Below are positions 34,880 through 47,185 of a stretch of DNA of 64,000 nt, one piece after another. The notes below the pieces were generated by a model that searched no databases, was not told where the DNA came from, and worked only from the letters and a program-made list of their open reading frames with translations. The position numbers and the translations under genes are program-made. The stretch comes from Ostrea edulis. Taxonomy: Eukaryota. The DNA is taken from assembly GCF_947568905.1 (NCBI RefSeq), contig NC_079166.1, forward strand, positions 88,536,001 to 88,600,000. The letters are read 5' to 3'. Every line of letters begins with the position of its first letter. Position 1 is the stretch's first letter.

Positions 34880-36900
34880 CTAATTATCTGATTTACATAC
34901 ATGTACCGGTGTGCACAACATCTGTTATGATTATCTGATTTACATACATGTACCGGTGTGCACAACATCTGTTATAATTATCTGATTTACATACATGTAC
35001 CGGTGTGCACAACATCTGTTATAATTACCTGATTTACATACATGTACCGGTGTGCACAACATCTGTTATAATTATCTGATTTACATACATGTATCGGTGT
35101 GCACAACATCTGTTATAATTATCTGATTTACATACATGTATCGGTGTACACAACATATGTTATAATTATCTGATTTACAAACATGTATCGGTGTGCACAA
35201 CATCTGTTATAATTATCTGATTTACATACATGTACCGGTGTACACAACATATGTTATAATTATCTGATTTACAAACATGTATCGGTGTGCACAACATCTG
35301 TTATAATTATCTGATTTACATACATGTACCGGTGTACACAACATCTGTTATAATTATCTGATTTACATACATGTACCGGTGTACACAACATCTGTCATAA
35401 TTACCTGATTTACATACATGTACCGGTGTGCACAACATCTGTTATAATTATCTGATTTACATACATGTACCGGTGTGCATAACATCTGTTATAATTATCT
35501 GATTTACATACATGTACCGGTGTGCACAACATCTGTTATAATTATCTGATTTACATGCATGTACCGGTGTGCACAACATCTGTCATAATTATCTGATTTA
35601 CATACATGTACCGGTGTGCACAACATCTGTTATAATTATCTGATTTACATACATGTACCGGTGTGCACAACATCTGTTATAATTATCTGATTTACATACA
35701 TGTATCGGTGTACACAACATATGTTATAATTATCTGATTTACAAACATGTATCGGTGTGCACAACATCTGTCATAATTATCTGATTTACATACATGTACC
35801 GGTGTGCACAACATCTGTTATAATTATCTGATTTACATACATGTATCGGTGTGCACAACATCTGTTATAATTATCTGATTTACATACATGTATCGGTGTA
35901 CACAACATATGTTATAATTATCTGATTTACAAACATGTATCGGTGTGCACAACATCTGTTATAATTATCTGATTTACATACATGTACCGGTGTACACAAC
36001 ATATGTTATAATTATCTGATTTACAAACATGTATCGGTGTGCACAACATCTGTTATAATTATCTGATTTACATACATGTACCGGTGTACACAACATCTGT
36101 TATAATTATCTGATTTACATACATGTACCGGTGTACACAACATCTGTCATAATTACCTGATTTACATACATGTACCGGTGTGCACAACATCTGTTATAAT
36201 TATCTGATTTACATACATGTACCGGTGTGCATAACATCTGTTATAATTATCTGATTTACATACATGTACCGGTGTGCACAACATCTGTTATAATTATCTG
36301 ATTTACATACATGTACCGGTGTGCACAACATCTGTCATAATTATCTGATTTACATACATGTACCGGTGTGCACAACATCTGTTATAATTATCTGATTTAC
36401 ATACATGTACCGGTGTGCACAACATCTGTTATAATTATCTGATTTACATACATGTACCAGTGTGCACAACATCTGTTATAATTATCTGATTTACATACAT
36501 GTACCGGTGTACACAACATCTGTTATAATTATCTGATTTACATACATGTACCGGTGTACACAACATCTGTTATAATTATCTGATTTACATACATGTACCG
36601 GTGTACACAACATCTGTTATAAGTATCTGATTTACATACATGTACCGGTGTGTACAACATCTGTTATAATTATCTGATTTACATACATGTACCGGTGTGC
36701 ACAACATCTGTTATAATTATCTGATTTACATACATGTACCGGTGTACACAACATCTGTTATAAGTATCTGATTTACATACATGTACCGGTGTGCACAACA
36801 TCTGTTATAATTATCTGATTTACATACATGTACCGGTGTACACAACATCTGTTATAATTATCTGATTTACATACATGTACCGGTGTACACAACATCTGTT
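34880..36900. repeat. 47-bp satellite ATTATCTGATTTACATACATGTACCGGTGTGCACAACATCTGTTATA, about 43 copies
   Basis: Highly homogeneous tandem array with a 16-unit (752-bp) higher-order duplication. Confidence 0.97.
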
Positions 36901-37524
36901 CTATGTGGTTTCACGTCCCTCTAAAGGCCAACTTTTTCAGTATGTTGATGGATTTCGTTTGCAATCCTGCTAAACAAAAGCAACTGATTTCAAATATTGA
37001 AAACAAATAACTAAGTTAAGAATTTCTAATCATAGGTTAAGCATGCATCGAAGTTGGTCATTATTGGAATATCACAAGGCCCCAGAGAGTCTATATACGC
37101 TATGTGCTCGCAATGACATAGGAATTGTTTCATTTTATTCCGAAATGCCCATTTTATTCAGATATCAGAAAAGTTTATGCATTCAAAAAAAAAAAAAAAA
37201 AAATACCACCATGGACCAAGTATGTTTAAATTAGTCAATTTACTCAGTACGAAAGTGTGAAAGAATTGTGTAACCTACATGTATAGGGAAATTTTCAGCT
37301 AAAGCCAAGTCGACTGATGAGTGAATTGATTGAATATTTACAAATCTACACACATACCATCAATCTGATGAATCTGTTGGTTTAAAGAATAAATTAAGTG
37401 AATGAATATCATTAGTTGTTTTGGTTTTTTGTTTTTTTTTTGGAGGAGGAGGGGGTCCTTTATAAAATTAATACTCTTTTCATTATGTACAAATAATTAT
37501 ATCATCAATTCCTTAAAAGTTCCT

Positions 37525-37685
37525 AGGGGACTCACTATATTACCAGACTTCCCCCTGGGGGGACTCACTATATTGCCAGACTTCCTCCTGGTGAACTCAT
37601 TATATAGCCAGACTTCCCTCTGGGGACTCCCTATACAGCCATACTTCCCCCTGGGGGACTCACTATATATCCAGACTTCCCCCTT
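37525..37685. repeat. ~32-bp tandem repeat GGGGGACTCACTATATAGCCAGACTTCCCCCT, about 5 copies
   Basis: Seen directly. Confidence 0.8.
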
Positions 37686-37704
37686 CCGTGTCACAATATA
37701 ACAC

Positions 37705-38050
37705 CGGTCGAGGCCGGACGCAAAATTCTATTCATCCGCGGTGATCCGGCGTCATAGCCCATTTCACACATTCACGGATGAGACTCCGGATCATCCTGGA
37801 TCGTCAATCCGTGATAATCCGTCATCACAGTGTACAAACCGGTAATGCATCCGGCGTCGTCCGAAACCATACGGCTTGGTGAAGCCAAATCGTGAAAAAA
37901 ATTAAACATGTTGAATTTTTACCCCGAATCGTCCCGGAAGAAAATCCTCCGTATTGATCCGTCTAGGTACCGTGTACATCCGTGTAGCAACGGAGAAGTC
38001 CGTGTAGCCACCGAAATACGGTGTAAAATCCGGGGTCATCCGTGTAGGGA
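37705..38050. mobile_element. GC-richer DNA-transposon-like fragment with ATCCG/CGGAT subterminal-type repeats
   Basis: Many ATCCG(T/G) motifs and the near-palindrome AAAAATTAAACATGTTGAATTTTT (~37897-37920), resembling non-autonomous Harbinger-like elements; no termini or TSD identified. Confidence 0.35.
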
Positions 38051-38175
38051 TAGATCTTTTTCGTGCCACACCTGCAGTGACACAGGGCTTCGGCTTTTGC
38101 AGTCTCATCCATAGAACCACCCCAATCAGTCGTCTCTTACGACAAGCAAGTGGATCTATTCTGACCCGAATCCCG
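38050..38175 (-). mobile_element. Partial SINE of the 15571-15836 family
   Basis: GATCTTTTTCGTGCCACACCTGC..AGTCGTCTCTTACGACAAGCAAG..CCCGAATCCC is the reverse complement of the 5' half of the 15571 element. Confidence 0.65.
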
Positions 38176-39419
38176 CCGGAGCCCCATATCTGGATCAGGC
38201 AAACTGAGTAATCCATAGTCAAGGCATATGAATGGATTATTTGAAAGATTGTAGGTGAATATGTGTTCTAGAGTATTGAAAACAATGCATGCGTGAGTAC
38301 GATTTAGAGCACAGAGTTCGAGTTTGAGTATGAAGACGTGCTCAAGAAAGGTTTCGCGGGACCTTGGTCAGCTACGTCAGATAACTGGTTTATTATGGTG
38401 TGTAGGATTCACTTTAACATATCTGTCAACACCGAAGGAAGAGATAGGGAAAATAATTCTTAACAAAATTCCAGACGGAAACTCCCAATACAAACACCAT
38501 ATAATGGAGATCACGCGTCATGACAAAGTGGTGAAATCGATTTCAGTATGATTACTGCACACTGTACCTGAAAGATTTGGGCAAACACGGACCTCCTGGA
38601 TATACCAGAGGTGGAATCAGGTGCCTAGGAGGAATAAGCATGCGAATCGCACGATTTAAATTGTGTCGCTTTCAAACTAAAAAACTACGCAAAATATTTC
38701 ATTTCAAACATATTTAAAGTCATTTTTTGGCATCCAAACAAATTAATTTTGCTTTTTGAAATTAGAAGTTTGACATGATAATGATCTCAACGTTTCATAT
38801 AAAAATTTGGTTTGATTAATTCAAAACTTTTTTTAGACCTGACTTTTCTATATCCCATCTTAAATACAAAGGTAAGCCATTGCAAGTTACATGTATGTAC
38901 AATTTTCAAAACTGGCATGGTTCCTATCTAGATTGTTCTTCAAAGTTGTATATGCCGACTTTTTGCGTATTTTAAGTGCCATTCCTTATGTTCAATCCAA
39001 TAGAAGCCGTTTAAAACAATGCAACTCAATAATAAGCACTGTGACCATTATTCCCCCTCCCCCTTGAAAAATTCAATAAATTGGTCGGTCTATATCTAAA
39101 TAATTACGTGCTCGACAGTTAAGTGGTGCAGCGTATATGAAGCCTCCTTATTCTAAGATCAAATTGGACACAGTAAGATATCGTCTGCTCAATATCTTCA
39201 ACAGTTTGCTTGACAGGCGTTAAACTTTGTACACTTGTTCTGTCTAAGACAAAATGACCCCGATTGATTTTGAGATAACAAGATCAAACGTCAAAAGCTA
39301 AACTGGACTGAATAAAACATTGTCCGCTCAATGAATAAGTGAAGATAATGGACAGCAATGTATCTCATAACTGCTGTAAGGAATACAAAATTAAGAGTTG
39401 GGCTGAATAAGCCAGAAGT

Positions 39420-39660
39420 TGGATGAGGTGTTTAGGAGTATTAAGCATCCCCTGTCCGCATTTTGCAAATCATATAGTTGTAATTATCTAGTTTTCCAAT
39501 ACAACCTGTCATTGGGTCAAATATTGTCCGACGCGATTCATACCAATTGTTAGGCTGTTCTTTATACAATATAGAGGGCTCACGGTGCGTGTGACCGGTC
39601 GACAGAGAACACTTCCTTCTCCTTGGCACCTAATCCTTGGTATGTCCAGGGGTCCGTTTT
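39420..39660. mobile_element. Fragments of an abundant retroelement 3' region (Penelope-like RT tail), both orientations
   Basis: ACAACCTGTCATTGGGTCAAATATTGTCCGAC..GTGTGACCGGTCGACAG..GTCCAGGGGTCCG; same family as 38560-38645(-), 40555-40630(-) and 47735-47985(+). Superfamily assignment is from recall. Confidence 0.5.
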
Positions 39661-41140
39661 ATTTAAGCATTTTGATAAGGCCAAGTAAAATTGATTAGTA
39701 GATTATCATTCAAACTTCACAAAAAAATGGGGCGGGTGGGAGGATTTTATTTTTTATTTTTCGCCATGATATTCTTGACCTCGAAAATGCCTTCTCTCAT
39801 TGAGAAAAGGCTTTATAAATCATAATTACATGTGTATTTGGGTTTCTAAAAGGCAAAGTGAAACAAAGTACGTTTACGATACCGGACCGGACATAAAAAT
39901 ATCCGGAAATCGTAATTTTGAAAAATATAAAAAATCGGGGCGGGGCAATTTTCGAGGGGCGGGCGGGAATGATAATCTACTAATTAATTTTACTTGGCCT
40001 AATGTAGCAGGGCTATTCGGATTTGTACATTATTCTTGTAATCCGTATGTATACTTTTTAATTATACGTAATTAGAAACTGACACCATTTGCAAACACGT
40101 ATAAGCAAGAGACAATCTTGTATAATGTCACGGTACATACAATGTTGTATAATGTCACGGTACATACAATTTTATAAATACTTTATACATTTTGTGACTT
40201 TGTTCTCATTAAATTCATAGAAAATTTCAAGGTTTTGTTCATAACATGTCTCGTGTACTTTGATTTGAATCAAATTGAATGATAGATAATCATCATTTGA
40301 TCCCAGACCCATGTAAACAATTCCTGGCAGTCGGCCAGGTTCTATCAGATGTGGCTAGCTGGGCTGGATCGCCAGTGGGCAGGTTCTATCAGCTGTGGCT
40401 AGCTGGACTCGATCGCCAGTGGGCAGGTTCTATCAGATGTGACTAGCTGGGCTTGATCGCTGGTGGGCTGATAGATCAGTTGACAGAGTACAGATTCAGG
40501 GGGTTCAGGTTCGACTCCTGGTCTGGGCAATTGCATTTTATACCTTCCTTTAATATATGAAAGGTGAAGATAACGAACAGTGATCAATCTCACAACTCCC
40601 ACAAGGAATACAAAGAGTTGGGCAAAGAAACTTTAAAACTTTTACTTTCAATGCAATGAACCAACCCCCTAAATCTCCAGTCAGGTGCTCTACTGAGCTA
40701 TGTGGGCTACCGGCGATCAAACCCGTCTTACCACCACAACATAAAACGTCCTACCACTTCTGTGAAATAACATACCGCATTTGTTCCGATAAAAAAAACC
40801 CACTAAATATCACATGTACATAAGAATCTTTATCAATTAACAGTGTTCGATTTAATTACACAAACATTTGTATCAGTCGTCCGTTAACTCGGTGCATGTC
40901 TTTGTATCAGTATATTTAGATACACCCGGTATACCAGAGAAACCCTGAATGCAGACAGCGAATGGTCACTAAAAATAAATGTACATTGTTTCACATATGA
41001 ACAGCAAAACAGAAAATTTCCAATGCACTGATCATCCACACATCGTCATTCACACTAAACATTAGATCTTCTTCACAGAAAATGACAATCTTTCACTGGC
41101 TATTTTTCCATACGAATAAGACCAAACATTCATTGGCAAA

Positions 41141-41260
41141 TATTCCATTCACATGGGGTCACGAGATTGGTTTATTTTAGTATTCCATTCACATGGGGTC
41201 ACGAGATTGGTTTATTTTAGTATTCCATTCACATGGGGTCACGAGATTGGTTAATTTTAG
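41141..41260. repeat. Three 40-bp copies covering the last ~9 codons and stop of NCBP2
   Basis: TATTCCATTCACATGGGGTCACGAGATTGGTTWATTTTAG at 41141, 41181 and 41221. Confidence 0.92.
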
Positions 41261-44200
41261 TAGCAACAATCTTTCCATAGCCTCCCCTTCCTTCATCATA
41301 ATCTGTTCTGTATTCATCTCGCACCTGTAATTAATAAACAAAATGTCAGACACAAACACCTGTAATTAGTAAACAAAATGTCAGACACAAACACCTGTAA
41401 TTAGTAAACAAAATGTCAGACACTAACACCTGTAATTAGTAAACAAAATGTCAGACACTAACACCTGTAATTAGTAAACAAAATGTCAGACACTAACACC
41501 TGTAATTAATAAACAAAATGTCAGACACTAACACCTGTAATTAGTAAACAAAACTTCAGACACTAACACCTGCAATTAGTAAACAAAATGTCAGACACTA
41601 ACACCTGTAATTAGTAAACAAAATGTCAGACACTAACACCTGTAATTAATAAACAAAACACCTGTAATTAGTAAACAAAATGTCAGACACTAACACCTGT
41701 AATTAGTAAACAAAATGTCAGGCACTAACACCTGTAATTAATAAACAAAACACCTGTAATTAGTAAACAAAACACCTGTAATTAGTAAACAATATGTCAA
41801 ACACAAACACCTGTAATTAGTAAACAAAACGTCAGACACAAAACACCTCTAATTAGTAAACAATACTTCAGACACAAACACCTGTAATTAGTAAACAAAA
41901 TGTCAAACACATACACCTGTAATTAGTAAACAAAATGTCAGACACAAACACCTGTGATTAGTAAACAAAACACATGTAATTAGTAAACAAAACTTCAGAC
42001 ACAAAACACCTGTAATTAGTAAACAAAATGTCAGGCACTAACACCTGTAATTAGTAAACAAAATGTCAGGCACTAACACCTGTAATTAGTAAACAAAATG
42101 TCAGACACAAAACACCTGTAATTAGTAAACAATACTTCAGACACAAACACCTGTAATTAGTAAACAAAATGTCAAACACAAACACCCATGGTTTTTTAAA
42201 GGTCTTGATTTCATGGGCCTGGACCATTCCAATTGTGAAAAATAGTGACATTTGCTTGAAATTGGGAGAAATATTCTATGGATAAAACTCAGCACTGAAG
42301 GAGAAAACAAATCTCAGTGCATTAAAGATAAACTGGACTCCTGACTTTCATTTTGGTTCAAAGCTTACCTCATTTAAATAATCAGAGGCCAAAATAATTA
42401 GGTTTACTTGCCAATGGCAAATTTGAAGCAAAACTTGTAATCTGTGGGTCTGTGAAGGAGATTTATGTAATCTGTGGGTCTGTGAAGGAGATTTATGTAA
42501 TCTGTGGGTCTGTGAAGGAGATTTATGTAATCTGTGGGTCTGTGAAGGAGATTTATGTAATCTGTGGGTCTGTGAAGGAGATTTATGTAATCTGTGAAGG
42601 AGATTTATGTAATCTGTGGGTCTGTGAAGGAGATTTATGTAATCTGTGGGTCTGTGAAGGAGATTTATGTAATCTGTGGGTCTGTGAAGGAGATTTATGT
42701 AATCTGTGGGTCTGTGAAGGAGATTTATGTAATCTGTGGGTCTGTGAAGGAGATTTATGAAATCTGTGGGTCTGTGAAGGAGATTTATGAAATCTGTGGG
42801 TCTGTGAAGGAGATTTATGAAATCTGTGGGTCTGTGAAGGAGATTTATGAAATCTGTGGGTCTGTGAAGGAGATTTATGAAATCTGTGGGTCTGTGAAGG
42901 AGATTTATGTAATCTGTGGGTCTGTGAAGGAGATTTATGAATAATGAAGTCACCCTGCTTTTATCTGTTCTCATGGTTTGGGAATTTCAAAGCACAAATT
43001 GGGAAAAATAACTGCTTTTTAGCATTGAGAATGGGGCCTTATTTCAGCCCCTTACAGACCCTAAAATAATCTCCGACACCTGTAATTCAGTAGACAAAAT
43101 GTAAGACATAACTAATTTTGTTTACTGTGTACATAAACATGATAAAGTGATCTACAAGTGCATATAAAAATCAATCATAACTGGGCTGGAATAACTCAGC
43201 TCCAGTACAGGCATGTGAAGTACCCTCTAAATCTTACAACACATCCAACATTACAGACACACCCTGTACAGACATATATTGTACCCTCTAAATCTTATAA
43301 CACACCCTAAATTACTGGCACACCCTGTACAGACATATATTGTACCCTCTAAATCTTACAACACATCCAACATTACAGACACACCCTGTACAGACATATA
43401 TTGTACCCTCTAAATCTTATAACACACCCTAAATTACTAGCACACCCTGTACAGGCATGCAAAGTACCCTCTAAATCTTACAACATCCTAAATTACTGGC
43501 ACACCCTGTACAGGCATGCGAAGTACTCTCTAAATCTTACAACACACCCTACATTACAGACACACCCTGTGCAGGCACATGTACATTCTAAATTTTTGTG
43601 AAATGTACTCTAAACCTTACCTGTCCCCCACTTTTTCCTCGTCCATACTGACGTCCCTCCTTAAAACCATGGTCCCAGTCTGTCCGAATGATGCGGTCAT
43701 CCAGTCGTGTTCCATTTACATACCTCATTGCATTCTCTGCATCTTCTCTTGTATAATATCTTAATCATTAAGGAAATAATCATGTGTTGGAAACTTACTC
43801 AGATTTTAAAATATCTTAATTACTAAGGAAATAATCGTACATTGGAAACTTTGCCTTTCTGATCAATACCCACACTAGCTACAGAACTGTAGGTTTTTTC
43901 CCCAGGGATCTACAGAATGTCAATGTTATCATCATTGTTGTATTTCAGTCACAATGATAAATTTCAAGGTTTTGGTAAATCTTTGTTTGTTTGAAAATAA
44001 ATATAGATCCTGAATTTTGCTACAAATAATTCCTGACTCGGGTTGTGACGATAATTTTTTGGGGTTTGATCAGACAATCGACCCTTTTAATGGTAAACAT
44101 AAACACTTTCACATGTCCACCTCTGCGTCTATTGCAGTTGTAAAATCTATTTCAGAATATAATTGAATATTTTTTTTATTGTTTATTTTTTTTTTTCGAT

Positions 44201-44825
44201 TATAACTACTGCATTAATTATCACTGAAGATTTTTCCGTTTCATCAACAGAAACATCAAAGAATACTCCATAAAGCAGAATCCGCAGGGTGTTTTCTTCA
44301 CTTTGTCGAGGCCCATGACGATACGTTTAATGTCTCCGCACTTGCCAAAGAGTTCATGAATCTGTTCCTCCGTGGTGTAATATGAGAGGTTTCCAACATA
44401 CAATGTGGAGGAGGTCAGCAAGGCTTTCTCCTGCTCCGCCCGGCTTCCCTAGAACAAAGCTTTTATTTCAGATCTAGCTCTTTTACTCTAGACTCCGCTC
44501 GGGATAGTAAAGTCTGAGTGGGGCATTAGCATAAGTAAATGGTTTATTAAGTAAATCAAAGTATGTAGTAAACTCCATTAAAGACTAAATACTTCCCTCG
44601 AGTCCGATAGCATGGAATATTTTTGATTTGAGTGCCTATGCCATGGCGTGGACAATATAGCTAATAAGCTATGATACTGATCAGGTCAATGTTCATTACC
44701 GTTAGCGAAAGGGGTTCCTAGAAATAAACATTTGTACAAATATAAACCATTACCTTGTAGAACTGGTCTCTGTAAGAGCTAAGGGCTATCGAACCGGAGG
44801 GAAATTTTGCTCGAAACCCAGACAT
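41229..44825 (-). CDS. NCBP2: Nuclear cap-binding protein subunit 2 (CBP20), 162 aa; exons 44825-44754, 44448-44267, 43759-43621, 41324-41229
   Basis: Translation [24 protein letters not shown]|[61 protein letters not shown]|[46 protein letters not shown]|[31 protein letters not shown]. This is an RRM with the CBP20 signature motifs; phases are consistent. Confidence 0.96.
41322..42185. repeat. 35-bp (and 21-bp deleted) tandem repeat CACCTGTAATTAGTAAACAAAATGTCAGACACWAA, about 26 copies, containing the NCBP2 exon-4 acceptor
   Basis: On the gene strand each unit reads TTTTGTTTACTAATTACAG|GTG; the terminal copy is the real acceptor (TTTATTAATTACAG|GTGCGA). Confidence 0.93.
42440..42940. repeat. 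30-bp minisatellite AAGGAGATTTATGWAATCTGTGGGTCTGTG, about 17 copies
   Basis: Seen directly; one 20-bp deleted unit near 42590; source of the spurious ORFs at 42348-42974. Confidence 0.95.
43205..43580. repeat. ~61-bp tandem repeat GTACCCTCTAAATCTTAYAACAC..CACCCTGTACAG, about 6 copies, alternating dimer
   Basis: Seen directly in NCBP2 intron 3. Confidence 0.85.
43760..44266 (-). other. U12-type (minor spliceosome) GT-AG intron 2 of NCBP2
   Basis: 5' site GA|GTATTCTTTG (U12 consensus GTATCCTTT, one mismatch at +5); branch sequence TTTCCTTAAT ending 7 nt before the exon, with no polypyrimidine tract. NCBP2/CBP20 genes are known to carry a conserved minor intron. Confidence 0.8.
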
Positions 44826-45233
44826 TTTTGTCGTAGTTTGCCTTTAGGACTGGTTCCCAGCGCACGCTTTCCTGCTAAGTTCCCTTCGGAACTTACTATT
44901 TCACAGTCAAGTTGTACCTCGACAATTTCGTACTAAGGATGATTCTTTCCCAAATGGTCAACTTTTATTCTGCTTTTTCTTGGAAATCTACCAAATATTC
45001 ATAGCTACTTCCTATCTTTATTATTTAAGATATAAGTTTTGCAGACAGGGTAGTTGACCAATTTGGTACAAGTTGACTTAGGTACGAGTTGGTCAGGCAA
45101 CACCAAGAGGAAATCCGAATGGAAATCACGGCCACCAGTTGATTAACATTGTGATTGCAGTGTAGTAGGGAATTTACGGGCATAACAAACAAATGACCTA
45201 CTAGACTAACTTAGTAAAATTAGTCAACACAGT
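44826..45233. promoter_or_regulatory. Probable bidirectional promoter of NCBP2 and PIGZ, with a candidate PIGZ leader exon ending at 45233
   Basis: NCBP2 ATG at 44825(-). The PIGZ first coding exon starts at an acceptor (52013), so a leader exon must lie upstream; candidate donor CAGT|GTAAGC at 45234. TTCC/GGAA ETS-like motifs near 44870-44895. Inference only. Confidence 0.4.
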
Positions 45234-45387
45234 GTAAGCAATGAGTTAATTAAGGTTTTTCTCATGTCAGACAGGCATGCTTTCTGCAGCGTGACCTTAA
45301 CTAATGTTCAGCTCTTTCCCTGCAGAGTTACTCCTGTAAAACGCGAGAAAGTATATGTGATCTTAGATCGGCGCGGCGTGAGTTAAA

Positions 45388-45843
45388 CAGGTTGGGAACA
45401 CTTCCCCTATAGCGAGATATTCTCGTTAAAACGCGATTATCCCTCTTTAGCGAGAAATAAACATTACCATAAACAGGTGTTTTTGGCGTCTTTATTGAAA
45501 ATAATGGCAAATCCCGTGCAACGCTGAATAAGTGCGACACACACTCAAAATGATGCGAATTGTTTCTATGAAATTGACAACATAGTCATGAAATTGCATA
45601 TCAAAGTTGCTGCGTAAGAGGGAAGCAGTCTGAAATCCAATACACATCGTGAGTGTTTTTGTTTTGATTAATATATTTGCAGAAGTATCGGACATTTTAG
45701 CACTTTTTCTTTTTTTCACGTGAAACACGAAGAGATGTAATCCACGGGTGTTTTTCTCGGTTGTACGGGATATATTCTCGCTAGAGAGGGATAATCGCGT
45801 TTTAGCGAGAATATCTCGCTATAGGGGAAGTGTTCCCAACCTG
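45388..45843. mobile_element. 456-bp MITE with ~70-bp TIRs and TTAAA flanking duplication
   Basis: CAGGTTGGGAACACTTCCCCTATAGCGAGATATTCTCG.TAAAACGCGATTATCCCTCT.TAGCGAGAA and its reverse complement at 45775-45843; TTAAA at 45383-45387 and 45844-45848. Confidence 0.8.
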
Positions 45844-46687
45844 TTAAACATGACAATGTTTTTCTTCATGAGAAAAACATCTGTGAATCAGCTCTGCTAA
45901 ATTATGAAGCATGCTCATGATTCATCTGTTTATTGATAAATAGTGCCTGATTTTTTTGTAATGTGTAAATACATATTGTACAAGAACATGATTGAAAAGT
46001 ACAGGAGTCTGCAATTTTATCGCGAAGCTTGGTGGTAGTATTCATGCCCATTTCTCATATATTTCTACTTTATTGATAAAATTGCCGACTCCTGTGATGA
46101 AAAGATCTAAAGCATTAGTTTTTCCTGTCTTCGATCGCCTCACATTTTGAAACTTTGATGTTTGAAATTAAAAGGTTCGATTAAATTGCAATGCACTAAA
46201 ATCAGATTCGGGCCGTTTAACATATATGCACAATGTACAACCCCACAATACTTATAATTTCCATTAGTGGAACTCTTCAAATTAAAGGCGCGTAAAGTCG
46301 TGATACCGGGACAACATACGTAAACATTACTTAGGCATACGTAATATAAATTATGGTATCGAATACATATTACATATATAACCGACTGCAAACCTCGACA
46401 CTGATTAAAATTCTAAAGGCAAATTTAGGAATTGATTATTCTTACAAGAAAACAGACGAACTTATTAAACTATGTGAAGGAGTGCAGGTACTAAATCTGT
46501 CAAAGCATCAATCGCAAGAACTGTGAAGGGAAAAACCAATATGCACATCCGACACAATCACTTTTCTTGTAATTAATGGGATTCATATGTTATCAAAATT
46601 ATTCTGTCAGACTATGAAGACATTCTATTTTATCCTACAATTCGGACAGGTTCATATGGCATGGACTTTGTAATCGTTCATGTACCC

Positions 46688-46690
<3 letters not shown>

Positions 46691-46736
<46 letters not shown>
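46691..46736. repeat. (TC)n microsatellite, about 23 units
   Basis: Seen directly. Confidence 0.95.
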
Positions 46737-46741
<5 letters not shown>

Positions 46742-47185
46742 CCAATATTTTAGACTAAGTTATATATTTGCCAAACTGCCTTTTTTCCCCCTTTTTTTAG
46801 ACGTTTATAACACTAATTAACACAACAAATGCGTTTCCAAACTGCATCTAAGCTATATTTTGAAAATTACGAATATCGATTGACTTAGGACAGAGACCAT
46901 CGTTGTTTGGAATTTTTAGAATAGGTGTAGGAGAGTTTTAAAAAAAACATGTAACATCCTTGATAAACTAATGGTAGAATATTTTTAAAATGCAGTTTGA
47001 CCAATGGCTATTTTATTTAAAAATACACAATGTACTTTAACTTAGAAAAAGGGGGATGCTATGAACGTTTCGTTTATGTCCCAGTAATCTCGCACTTGCT
47101 CGCGAGACTTGTGCATTTTCTTACCAATGACGCACAAGAGTCATCAAAGCGCGATAACTCTAATGAACTGGTAATGAGAAGTATT

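Noticed and set aside
37525-37685. GACTCACTATA, matching the T7 promoter core (vector contamination?)
   Set aside because: The match is 11 nt only, without TAATAC or the following GGG, and is embedded in a native ~32-bp tandem repeat.
42348-42974. 208-aa ORF (INLLHRPTD)n and its opposite-strand ORFs
   Set aside because: These derive from a 30-bp minisatellite inside NCBP2 intron 3.
44221-44266. C-terminal extension [14 protein letters not shown] of ORF 44221-44421
   Set aside because: This is intronic read-through past the U12 donor; the true frame continues at 43759.
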